Of a stretch of 19,423 nt of DNA, positions 1 through 8,397 are shown in pieces. Position numbers and translations under genes: made by a program. The stretch comes from Promethearchaeota archaeon. Lineage in GTDB: Archaea > Asgardarchaeota > Lokiarchaeia > Sigyniarchaeales > SOKP01. Positions within the stretch are counted from its first letter, which is position 1. Every line of letters begins with the position of its first letter. The stretch lies in the NCBI GenBank assembly GCA_016926735.1, contig JAFGOA010000183.1, positions 1 to 19,423 on the forward strand. The letters are read 5' to 3'. The notes under the pieces are model-generated. The model had not been told where the DNA came from and ran no database searches. It saw nothing but the letters and a program-made list of their open reading frames with translations.

Positions 1-170
1 AATCTTATCCTATAAATATATATTTTATGAAATTTTGTTAAATTAGAACTTGAAACCAAAATATGAATTTAGAAGATAATCTAATTCTATTTATTAAAAG
101 AATTTAAATTAAAAATACTATAATTAATCTATTAAAAAATAATTAAAAATTAAAAAAAAAAGATATAATA

Positions 171-620
171 ATGGAAGATCCCAAAAAAGAGCAAGATCCT
201 AAAAAATCCATAACAGAAGGATTTGAGAATTTCTTATCAGATTTACAAAACAGGGTTAAAAATTTCCAAAATTCTCTTTTAGAGCAACATAGAAAAGGAA
301 TAGAAAGATGGAATCAAAATCAAGAAAGAATTAAAGATTTTTTTCAAAATTCAAAAAAGAAATTTGATAATCAAATAACAATTTGGAAACAAGACTTTAA
401 GAAAAAACAAATCGAAACTAAAGAACAATGGGAACTTACAAAACAAAAAATAAGTCAAGATTATCAAAATTGGCAAGAGAAGATAAAAAAAGATTTTAAC
501 TCTGGTTTAAAAAAATGGAATAGATTTTGGATAAAGGGTTCATTTATTTTCTTATTATTTATGACCCCAATTTTAATTGTTATTATCATCATAGCAATTG
601 CGATTAATCTGATTCAATAA
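171..620 (+). CDS. Hypothetical helical/coiled-coil protein with a single C-terminal transmembrane anchor
   Basis: 149-aa ORF with a K/Q/E-rich amphipathic body and regularly spaced Trp/Phe, ending in the hydrophobic stretch FIFLLFMTPILIVIIIIAIAINLI. Confidence 0.7.
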   Translation: MEDPKKEQDPKKSITEGFENFLSDLQNRVKNFQNSLLEQHRKGIERWNQNQERIKDFFQNSKKKFDNQITIWKQDFKKKQIETKEQWELTKQKISQDYQNWQEKIKKDFNSGLKKWNRFWIKGSFIFLLFMTPILIVIIIIAIAINLIQ

Positions 621-747
621 TCTCTCTGACTTTAATTTTATTTAGATCTTTTATGGAAGATTATTTTATTAATTAATTTCCTATCTTAACAAAAAAATCT
701 TTAATGATTTTACGTTATAAATTATTAATAAAAATTATTTTCGAACT

Positions 748-1536
748 ATGCGTACATTTCCGAGTAATATAAAGAGAATTGTTATTAAAGTTAGTACTCA
801 AATGATTACAGATGGAGTTGCAGAAATATTTCATAATAAGATACATTCTTTTGTAAAAGAAGTTGCAGATCTTATAACTTATGGATATGAAATAATTATT
901 GTATCAAGTGGTGCTATTGGTTCTGGCTTAGCAAAATTAGGTTTAAAACAAAGACCAAAGGATTTTAAAGAATTACAAGCATTGTCAGCAGTAGGACAAA
1001 TTTATTTAATGAAGATATATCAAGAAGAATTTAATAAGTATAATTTAAATATAGGACAGATCCTTCTTTCTGCAGATGATATGAAAGATTCAGCTCGCCG
1101 TGCAAACACTAGAAATACTTTAGAGGTTCTTTTAAAAAAAGGAATTGTACCTATATTAAATGAAAATGATTCGGTTGCAATTGAGGAACTAAGTTATGGA
1201 GATAATGATCGTCTATCTGGGTTAGTCTCAATTCTCCTTTTTGTAGATCTATTGATAATTTTAACAGATGTAAAGGGATTATATGATAAAAATCCAAAAA
1301 TTAATAATGAAGCAAAATTGATTACTCAAGTTGATAAAATAGATCAAAAATTAGATGATCTTGTAGAAGATATAGATGGCGGTATAACTTTTGGTGGAAT
1401 GAAGTCAAAAATAAATATAATAAAGAAACTTGTTAATATAGGTATCCCCGCTATAATAAGTAGCTATGATGGAATTTCATTAAAAGATCTATTAGATGGA
1501 AAAGAAATTGGTACATACTTCCTTCCTCAAAAATAA
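748..1536 (+). CDS. proB: Glutamate 5-kinase (short form without PUA domain)
   Basis: Motifs RIVIK, IVSSGAI, QALSAVGQ, PILNENDSV, GDNDRLS, LTDVKGLY and GGMKSK; 262 aa; directly upstream of proA. Confidence 0.95.
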   Translation: MRTFPSNIKRIVIKVSTQMITDGVAEIFHNKIHSFVKEVADLITYGYEIIIVSSGAIGSGLAKLGLKQRPKDFKELQALSAVGQIYLMKIYQEEFNKYNLNIGQILLSADDMKDSARRANTRNTLEVLLKKGIVPILNENDSVAIEELSYGDNDRLSGLVSILLFVDLLIILTDVKGLYDKNPKINNEAKLITQVDKIDQKLDDLVEDIDGGITFGGMKSKINIIKKLVNIGIPAIISSYDGISLKDLLDGKEIGTYFLPQK

Positions 1537-1631
1537 ATTTTATAGAATATAAATCTCAAAGTATAACAAAAATTTTATTAATTAATCATTTAAAGACCTT
1601 AAAAAGAAAATTAATATAAGAGCGCAAAAAT

Positions 1632-2888
1632 ATGACAATACAATCTGAAATGCAAAATATTGGAAGGAATGCACAGAATGCTGCATTCATTCTAAAAAAC
1701 ATATCAACTGATAAAAAAAATAAAGCATTATTAAGGATGGCTGATGAGCTAGAAAAAAATGTTGAAATCATAATTATTGCTAATAATAAAGATATTGAAA
1801 ATTCTAAAATTCGAAATCTAGAACAACCAAAAATAGATAGACTCAAATTGAATTCAAATAAAATTCTTAAAATAGCCAGTGGTCTAAGAGACATTGCAAA
1901 TCAACCTGATCCTATCAATGAAATAATTTCTATGTGGAGAAGGCCAAATGGTATGGATATTGGCCAGATTCGTGTACCATTAGGTGTCATTGGTATTATC
2001 TATGAATCAAGACCTAATGTAACTGCTGATGCAACTGGACTCGCAATAAAATCAGGAAATGCAATTTTATTAAGGGGTGGAAGTGAAGCAATTAATTCAA
2101 ATATCGCAATAGCTGAAATATTACATAATGCAGCAACTTCGGAAGGATTACCGGAAAATTGCATTCAAATCATTAATAATACAAACAGGGAATACGTGGA
2201 TGAAATGCTTAAATTAACGAAATATATTGATGTTATCATTCCAAGAGGAGGAGCATCCCTTATCCAAAAAGTAATCAGAAATTCACAAGTGCCAACAATT
2301 GAAACAGGAATTGGAATTGTAAGTATGTTTATAAATTATGATGCAGATTATGAGATGGCAGACAGACTTATAATTAATTCTAAATGTTCTTATCCTGCTG
2401 TGTGTAATGCATTAGATAAATTATTAATACATGAGAAAATAAAAGATGAATTTATACCACGAATTGTATCTTTACTTAAGAAAAATAATGTAGAAGTTAG
2501 AGGAGATCAAGATGTTAAAAATATTGTTCCAGATATTATATTAGCCTCAGAGGAGGATTGGAGTTCGGAATATCTTTCTCTTAAAATATGTATAAAAATA
2601 GTCAAAGATATTGATCATGCAATAAAAATTATAACAAAATACGACTCTAAACATACAGAATCTATCATTACCAATAATTATGATGATGCTCGTAGATTTT
2701 TAGATGAAGTTGATGCTGCTGCTGTATATGTAAATGCCGCTACAAGATTGACTGATGGAGGCGTTTTTGGATTGGGATCCGAAATTGGAATTTCTACTCA
2801 AAAACTTCATGCACGAGGTCCTATGGGCCTAAAGCAATTAACATCAACAAAATATATTATTTATGGAAATGGACAGATTAGAGAATAA
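1632..2888 (+). CDS. proA: Gamma-glutamyl phosphate reductase (glutamate-5-semialdehyde dehydrogenase)
   Basis: Motifs RVPLGVIGIIYESRPNVT, KSGNAILLRGGSEA, IPRGG, catalytic VCNA and GSEIGISTQKLHARGPMGL. Confidence 0.97.
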   Translation: MTIQSEMQNIGRNAQNAAFILKNISTDKKNKALLRMADELEKNVEIIIIANNKDIENSKIRNLEQPKIDRLKLNSNKILKIASGLRDIANQPDPINEIISMWRRPNGMDIGQIRVPLGVIGIIYESRPNVTADATGLAIKSGNAILLRGGSEAINSNIAIAEILHNAATSEGLPENCIQIINNTNREYVDEMLKLTKYIDVIIPRGGASLIQKVIRNSQVPTIETGIGIVSMFINYDADYEMADRLIINSKCSYPAVCNALDKLLIHEKIKDEFIPRIVSLLKKNNVEVRGDQDVKNIVPDIILASEEDWSSEYLSLKICIKIVKDIDHAIKIITKYDSKHTESIITNNYDDARRFLDEVDAAAVYVNAATRLTDGGVFGLGSEIGISTQKLHARGPMGLKQLTSTKYIIYGNGQIRE

Positions 2889-2892
2889 GGTA

Positions 2893-3630
2893 TTATTCTT
2901 TTTTTTGCGCACAAATTACCATTTCTCTGTATTCTTTCCATAAAATTTCTATATTACTAAAACCCGCGTTTTTGAAAAGTTTTATATCTTTTGAAATAGA
3001 TTGAGGTTGATCATTCTCATTTTCTTCCAAATCGTCTAAAAATTTTCTCGTAGAGTTATAATCTAAAAATCTTTTATCTTTCCCTTGTGTTCTTTTTAAA
3101 ATATTATTTATCCGAATTTCTTGAAATCTATGCTCGATCTCTTTGTTCTCAGCTATAATAATATCTGCATATAAAACCCAACCATTGATTTTAAGAATCT
3201 TTTTCAAAAATTTGTAGAGATTTTCTTTTTCCTCATAATTTAAATGATGAAAAGCATAAGAAGAAAAAATTACATCAATATAATCTTTTTTATCTATAAT
3301 TGTATTTAGATCTCTAAAATCACTAAGCTTAAAGTCAATATTTTCAGAAAATTCTTCCAATCTTACTTTTGCAATTTCAATCATTGCTTTAGCACCATCA
3401 ATACCAATTATATTCGTATTTGGAAATTTTTTGAGAAATTCTAATGAAAAATATCCTGTTCCTATCCCCAAATCTATTACATTTAATTGCTGGTCTTGGT
3501 CAAAAGGGAGAAATTCTAATGCTATTTCTATCATTTTCTCTCTATTTGGATGCATTTTTTTCATATTATCATCATATTCATAAACTCTACTTTTTTTATT
3601 ATAAGCATGAATACTTTTATTATCATCCAT
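2893..3630 (-). CDS. Class I SAM-dependent methyltransferase (CmoA/Methyltransf_25-like)
   Basis: SAM motif I VIDLGIGTG, IGIDGAKAMIEIA and SSYAFHHL. The ATG at 3630 (MDDNK) is preferred over the ORF-track TTG start at 3669. Confidence 0.88.
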   Translation of the reverse strand: MDDNKSIHAYNKKSRVYEYDDNMKKMHPNREKMIEIALEFLPFDQDQQLNVIDLGIGTGYFSLEFLKKFPNTNIIGIDGAKAMIEIAKVRLEEFSENIDFKLSDFRDLNTIIDKKDYIDVIFSSYAFHHLNYEEKENLYKFLKKILKINGWVLYADIIIAENKEIEHRFQEIRINNILKRTQGKDKRFLDYNSTRKFLDDLEENENDQPQSISKDIKLFKNAGFSNIEILWKEYREMVICAQKKE

Positions 3631-3731
3631 ATTTTTAAACCTCAACAAAATTGATAAATATAAATGCAAATATTAAATTATACTTATGATTTTAAAGAAT
3701 AAAAATAACAATAATATTTTCATATCTGATT

Positions 3732-4397
3732 ATGAATATTTTTTTTATATCTTTTCTTGTAGCTCTCACAGGTGCTCTATCACCTGGACCTTTATTAACC
3801 TTTACAATAATTCATTCTATTAAAAATAAAAGAGGTTATATGGTTGGATTATTAGTATCATTAGGTCATGCTACTCTAGAATTCTTTTTAATTATTGCAT
3901 TACTATTTGGAGCCTCTATTTTTCTTCAAAATCCCTTTACATTATCAATTATTGGAATAATTGGAAGTATTTTATTGATAATTTTTGGATTATTGGTTAT
4001 CAGAGATGTATATCAAAAAAAAATAGATACCAATATTGATATTGAATCAATAAAAAATGATAATATAAAAGGATTTAAAGGAAATTCCTTTTTGGGAGGT
4101 ATTATTGTAAGTTTGTCAAATCCTTATTGGACTTTATGGTGGGCTGTAGTAGGTTTAGGATTAATCATAAATTATAATTTAGGTTTTCATGAACCATACA
4201 ATTTAATTTTATTTTATTTGGGACATGAATTAGGAGACATAGCTTGGTATTGCCCAATTTCTATATTTTTTTATTTTGGGTGTAGATCTCTAAATAAAAA
4301 GATGTATTCATGGATTTTAATTCTTTGTGGAATATTTATGATAGGATTTGGTATCTATTTAGCCTTAAATATTACGTTAATTAATCCTTTATTTTGA
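3732..4397 (+). CDS. LysE/RhtB family amino-acid exporter
   Basis: N-terminal ALSPGPL motif, G..GH, SLSNPYW.WW motif and about 6 hydrophobic helices. Confidence 0.9.
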   Translation: MNIFFISFLVALTGALSPGPLLTFTIIHSIKNKRGYMVGLLVSLGHATLEFFLIIALLFGASIFLQNPFTLSIIGIIGSILLIIFGLLVIRDVYQKKIDTNIDIESIKNDNIKGFKGNSFLGGIIVSLSNPYWTLWWAVVGLGLIINYNLGFHEPYNLILFYLGHELGDIAWYCPISIFFYFGCRSLNKKMYSWILILCGIFMIGFGIYLALNITLINPLF

Positions 4398-4427
4398 TAA
4401 TTATGAATTATAAAAGAAATTACTTTC

Positions 4428-5555
4428 TTATTTTAAATTCTCTTTTTTACTATAGTATTTTATCGCAGCTGCATAGTTCTTTGTTGGAATAATTTTTGGA
4501 TTACTGCGAAAGCTACTTGAAATAGTAGAATTACATCTTGAACATAATTGGTTATTTTTCATCCAATCTTTAAATTCATCCGCATGTGCTGGATAATTAC
4601 AATTTGGGCATAAAACTATACCACGACGTTGATCTTCTGGATATTTTGGTAAACTGAAACAGAATATACATTTAAAATCTTCTAATGATAATATAGTTGC
4701 ACTGGGTTTTAATCGTTCTATTTCTTTAATTCTTGCACTTTTACTTTTATTCACTTTTGGTGTAGGTTTCTGTCTGTTTATTGATCTAGTAGGTTTTGGT
4801 CTACTTGTAGTAGTTGTTCTTGGTTTAGGTCGTGTTCTTGGTTTTGGTTTTGATCTTTGTTTAGATTGGCGTTGTTGTCGTGGTTGTCGGGTCGAGATTG
4901 ATTGAATTTGACTTCTTCTCCGTTGGAGGGCGTCCTGAGATATGCTTGATGACCTTTTGGATTTTTTAATAAATCCATAAATAATAATTAGAAGAGAAAA
5001 AATAATAAATAAAAATAAGACAAGTCCAATATGAGTATAGTTAGGATAGATATCATAGAAGCTTTTATTCTCCGAAATAAGAACTATAAAAATAATATTT
5101 AAAATCAAGATAAAAAATAAAATTAAAACACAAAATTTACGTGCTTTTATAGATGTAGTCTTATAGATATATATTACTTCATATTTTTTCATACTTGTAT
5201 ATATGTATGAAAGACCAGCCATTAATAGGGGAAATGATAGAAAAAAAATCCATGGGTTCAAGAAGAAATAGAAATCTGAATCTTGAAACCAGTTCCAATT
5301 AAATAAATCCGTATAATATCCTATGTATAAATAAAGTAACCCTGTAAATATAACTGCCAGAACAAAAAATGATGTATTATGAGGTGAATTATAATCTTTA
5401 AATTTTCTGACTTTTTCTCTATATTTTATGATAAATAATAACCAAAATCCAATAAATATCCATGAAAAAAATATATTTAATGATGATTCTCCAACACCAT
5501 GTACTATACCTATCAAGAAACAAATAAAAAAAATAATAATAGATGATTTTTTAAT
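4428..5555 (-). CDS. Polytopic membrane protein (~6 TM) with basic linker and C-terminal RING-variant Zn finger; candidate membrane-bound E3 ligase
   Basis: Six hydrophobic segments, an R/K/P/Q/S/T-rich linker, then C-x2-C-x16-C-x2-C-x4-H-x2-E-x10-C-x2-C with the RING helix Trp. It is the last gene of the Ubl-E1-E2-JAMM cluster. The ORF track starts at TTG 5516, but the frame is open to an ATT at 5555 preceded by GGTGA, so the start is uncertain. Confidence 0.75.
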   Translation of the reverse strand: MKKSSIIIFFICFLIGIVHGVGESSLNIFFSWIFIGFWLLFIIKYREKVRKFKDYNSPHNTSFFVLAVIFTGLLYLYIGYYTDLFNWNWFQDSDFYFFLNPWIFFLSFPLLMAGLSYIYTSMKKYEVIYIYKTTSIKARKFCVLILFFILILNIIFIVLISENKSFYDIYPNYTHIGLVLFLFIIFSLLIIIYGFIKKSKRSSSISQDALQRRRSQIQSISTRQPRQQRQSKQRSKPKPRTRPKPRTTTTSRPKPTRSINRQKPTPKVNKSKSARIKEIERLKPSATILSLEDFKCIFCFSLPKYPEDQRRGIVLCPNCNYPAHADEFKDWMKNNQLCSRCNSTISSSFRSNPKIIPTKNYAAAIKYYSKKENLK

Positions 5556-5578
5556 TGAAGATCACCAATCTTTATTGA

Positions 5579-6373
5579 TTATTCTTCATCATACTCTAAA
5601 AAGAGTGCTTTTCCTTCAGTTAAAGGATTAACAAATTTTAAAAACTCTGGTAAGACACTTACATCAACAGCTCCCTTTATAATAAAAGGTATTTCATTCC
5701 AGGTACCCATTTCTAAATTAGATCTAAATATTTTGAATCCAAAAGATGTTCCATTAATTTGATATGGATCTATAACGAGAGCAACAGCCTTATTCCATAA
5801 TTTTTGATAGACTGATTGAGTACCTACATCTTCTTCACTCATAAATAATCCGTAAGAAGGATGGGAATGATACCATCCACATATAAATTGTTTTCTCTTC
5901 TTTATTTCATTAAAAGCTCGAGCATGATTATCTGGATTTCGAATTTGAACAGTTATAGCTGTTCCATGTCCCATTGGATAAGCATCTTCTATATTTAAAA
6001 TATTATTTTTATCTAATTTTCCTGCAAGAAGCCCAATAACTTCAACCCACTTCTCTCTTGGAATCTTTGAATTTGCATACTTCAATGCATGTGTCGCTGT
6101 TTTTAATATTGTCTGTACTGAAATAGTACATTCATAATTTTCTGGTTGTTTTGAAATATATTCTTTTTGTGGTTTAACAACTTTCTTTTTTACTGCTGAT
6201 TCTGAAGAAATCTTTTTATCCAATAAAGAAATTACTTCATCAGTCAAAATATCTTCTTTCTCAGCAATCTCTTTATAGATATCTTGTAAAAGTTCATTTT
6301 TAACTTTATCAATAATTTTTTTCTTCAAATCATTTTTAATTGCATTGATATAAGATTCTTCTTTATCTGCCAT
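5579..6373 (-). CDS. JAMM/MPN+ metallo-isopeptidase (Rpn11/CSN5-like) with N-terminal helical extension
   Basis: EVIGLLAG (catalytic Glu), GWYHSHPSYGLFMSEED (H-x-H-x7-S-x2-D) and AVALVIDP; GAGGA RBS upstream. Confidence 0.93.
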   Translation of the reverse strand: MADKEESYINAIKNDLKKKIIDKVKNELLQDIYKEIAEKEDILTDEVISLLDKKISSESAVKKKVVKPQKEYISKQPENYECTISVQTILKTATHALKYANSKIPREKWVEVIGLLAGKLDKNNILNIEDAYPMGHGTAITVQIRNPDNHARAFNEIKKRKQFICGWYHSHPSYGLFMSEEDVGTQSVYQKLWNKAVALVIDPYQINGTSFGFKIFRSNLEMGTWNEIPFIIKGAVDVSVLPEFLKFVNPLTEGKALFLEYDEE

Positions 6374-6390
6374 TCAAATTCCTCGGGATT

Positions 6391-6918
6391 TTACCATTTT
6401 TGATTTGCATATTTTTTAACTAGATGTACTACTTTTTTCTCAAATTTCTTTGGATCATCAATCATTTCTAATGCTGCCTTTTTATTGAAAACATCAGTAG
6501 GATTAACAAATTTACCTCTAGTATTTAACATAGCTTGAATTGCTTGTATTACTGTTTTAATTGTTTTAGATGGGCTCCATCCACCTTTTGTTCCTACTAA
6601 ACTAGGATCAATAAGAGCTAAACATATATTTCTCTCTCCAGGATATTCAGATGGTTTAGGCCAGAAATTAGGATGCCATATTGCAGTATGAATTCTCATA
6701 AAAGGAGGATTCTTAGGATAATCGTGAGGATATTTAATTTCAAGTTTAAATAATCCCTTTTCAAATACAGTTCCCTTAGGACCTACAAGAGTAACTGCTA
6801 AATGATCTATGCTTTTATCTTTTGGATTAAAAGGTTTTAATTGACATATTACACCCTCTTTCAGTAATTTTTTTAGGGTTGCAAAATCCTGAGAGATTCT
6901 ATTGGTTCTCAAACTCAT
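6391..6918 (-). CDS. Ubiquitin-conjugating enzyme E2 (UBC fold)
   Basis: GPKGTVFEKGLF, YPHDYPKNPP, IWHPN, catalytic ICL (Cys99) and WSP. Confidence 0.95.
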   Translation of the reverse strand: MSLRTNRISQDFATLKKLLKEGVICQLKPFNPKDKSIDHLAVTLVGPKGTVFEKGLFKLEIKYPHDYPKNPPFMRIHTAIWHPNFWPKPSEYPGERNICLALIDPSLVGTKGGWSPSKTIKTVIQAIQAMLNTRGKFVNPTDVFNKKAALEMIDDPKKFEKKVVHLVKKYANQKW

Positions 6919-7087
6919 AATTTCTCACTTCTTTTTATTTAAATTTGAATATTCTTTTTTTCAGTACTAATGTAATAAAGTTTTTCTCTTAAATATTTAA
7001 TTTCAATTAAATTTTCGTTTATTTTTATAAAAAATTTTTTTAATTTGAATGATAAATTTGGTCTATTTTACAAATGTAATTATTTTT

Positions 7088-8323
7088 TTAATTCAGATTT
7101 AAATTTACTAAGATTTCTCCTTCTTCAAAACCAGCTACAATAACTAATTCTAAATTTCTCAAATTATTTTCAAGTATAGTTTTATCTGTATCAAGAATGT
7201 TTATATTATTAAAATCCAATACTGTCATTATTGGTTCCATATCTTCATTTAATTTATATCCTTTTTGTTTTAATATATTTATAATACATTCAGCTGACTC
7301 GTTTGAATGTACTAAAATATCTTCTCTTATTACATTTTCCCCGCATTGTATGCATACTTTACTTCGCTTCTTCTCAATCTGGTAAAATCTCATAGTCATA
7401 GCATTTAAAATCATATATGATTTTATTGGTTCTCCTAAAGCATCATTATTTTTAAGCCAATGAAGAATTTTTATTGCTTCATGTGATTGCAAAGCAGATA
7501 TTATTGAATTTATTGTGATTATTCCAGGATCATGACGATCAAGGATTTTAATAATTTCTGATTTTGAAAATCCAGGTTCAAAATGATATTCATTAACTAG
7601 AGCATTAGCTTCTTTCTGAAGGAATTCAATTGTATCGATATTTTTTATATTTGGTTCATTATCATATTTTTCTTGATAGAGGAGATTCGCTTTAAATAAA
7701 CAATGTACCCTTTTTCTTGGAATACCAACAACTGTACATGCTGCCATATCATCATTCTCTGCGGCAGGTAAGGGATTACATTCATAACACGCATTTTCAT
7801 ATGGATAAATTGTATACATATGTCCATGATATCCAGATACACCTCCATCAACCAAAGGTTTTTTAAATCTAATAGCTTGAGCATTCAAATTGAGCCGAGC
7901 ATTCATCGAATCTAACCCTCCTATAATAATATCTGCCTCTTTGTATAAGGAAGGATCAATACGTTCTAAAGAGGAATTATACGCATCAATAGTGATATAT
8001 GGATTAATTTGTCTTAATTTTTTAGCAGCAGCTAAAGCTTTAGGTTCACCAATCTCAGCATCAACAAACAATAATTGGCGATTTAGATTTGAAAATTCTA
8101 TTGTGTCTAAATCAACAAGTATCAGTTTACCCACGCCTACCATTGCTAAATTCTTAGCAATTTCACATCCTAATCCTCCAATACCCGCAATTAAAACAGT
8201 TGAATTCTTAACAATCTCTTGAGACCATCCTTCAAGTCGAAATTGTCGATCATACAATTCTCTTTCTTTTTCAGAAAGATTTTCGCTGAAAAAATTCGAA
8301 TCTTCATTCATAAAAATACCCAT
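7088..8323 (-). CDS. Ubiquitin-like activating enzyme E1 (UBA3/UBA2-like) with catalytic-Cys domain and C-terminal ubiquitin-fold domain
   Basis: YDRQ, GIGGLG, DLDTIEFSNLNRQ, LDSMNAR, Zn pairs CYEC and CIQC, ACTVVGIPR...HC (catalytic Cys196), and an ~80-aa beta-grasp-like C-terminus. Confidence 0.92.
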   Translation of the reverse strand: MGIFMNEDSNFFSENLSEKERELYDRQFRLEGWSQEIVKNSTVLIAGIGGLGCEIAKNLAMVGVGKLILVDLDTIEFSNLNRQLLFVDAEIGEPKALAAAKKLRQINPYITIDAYNSSLERIDPSLYKEADIIIGGLDSMNARLNLNAQAIRFKKPLVDGGVSGYHGHMYTIYPYENACYECNPLPAAENDDMAACTVVGIPRKRVHCLFKANLLYQEKYDNEPNIKNIDTIEFLQKEANALVNEYHFEPGFSKSEIIKILDRHDPGIITINSIISALQSHEAIKILHWLKNNDALGEPIKSYMILNAMTMRFYQIEKKRSKVCIQCGENVIREDILVHSNESAECIINILKQKGYKLNEDMEPIMTVLDFNNINILDTDKTILENNLRNLELVIVAGFEEGEILVNLNLN

Positions 8324-8397
8324 AATTTTATCTACTAATATAATAACTAAAATAAAAAAAATAAATTAAATTCTAAAATTAAAAAAAAATAAATTTA

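Noticed and set aside
1586-1894. 102-aa minus-strand ORF
   Set aside because: Antisense shadow of proA with no motifs.
3444-3638. 64-aa plus-strand ORF
   Set aside because: Antisense shadow of the methyltransferase.
4778-5631. ORFs 4778-4978 (-) and 5428-5631 (+)
   Set aside because: Alternative-frame or antisense overlaps of the membrane RING and JAMM genes, with low-complexity translations.
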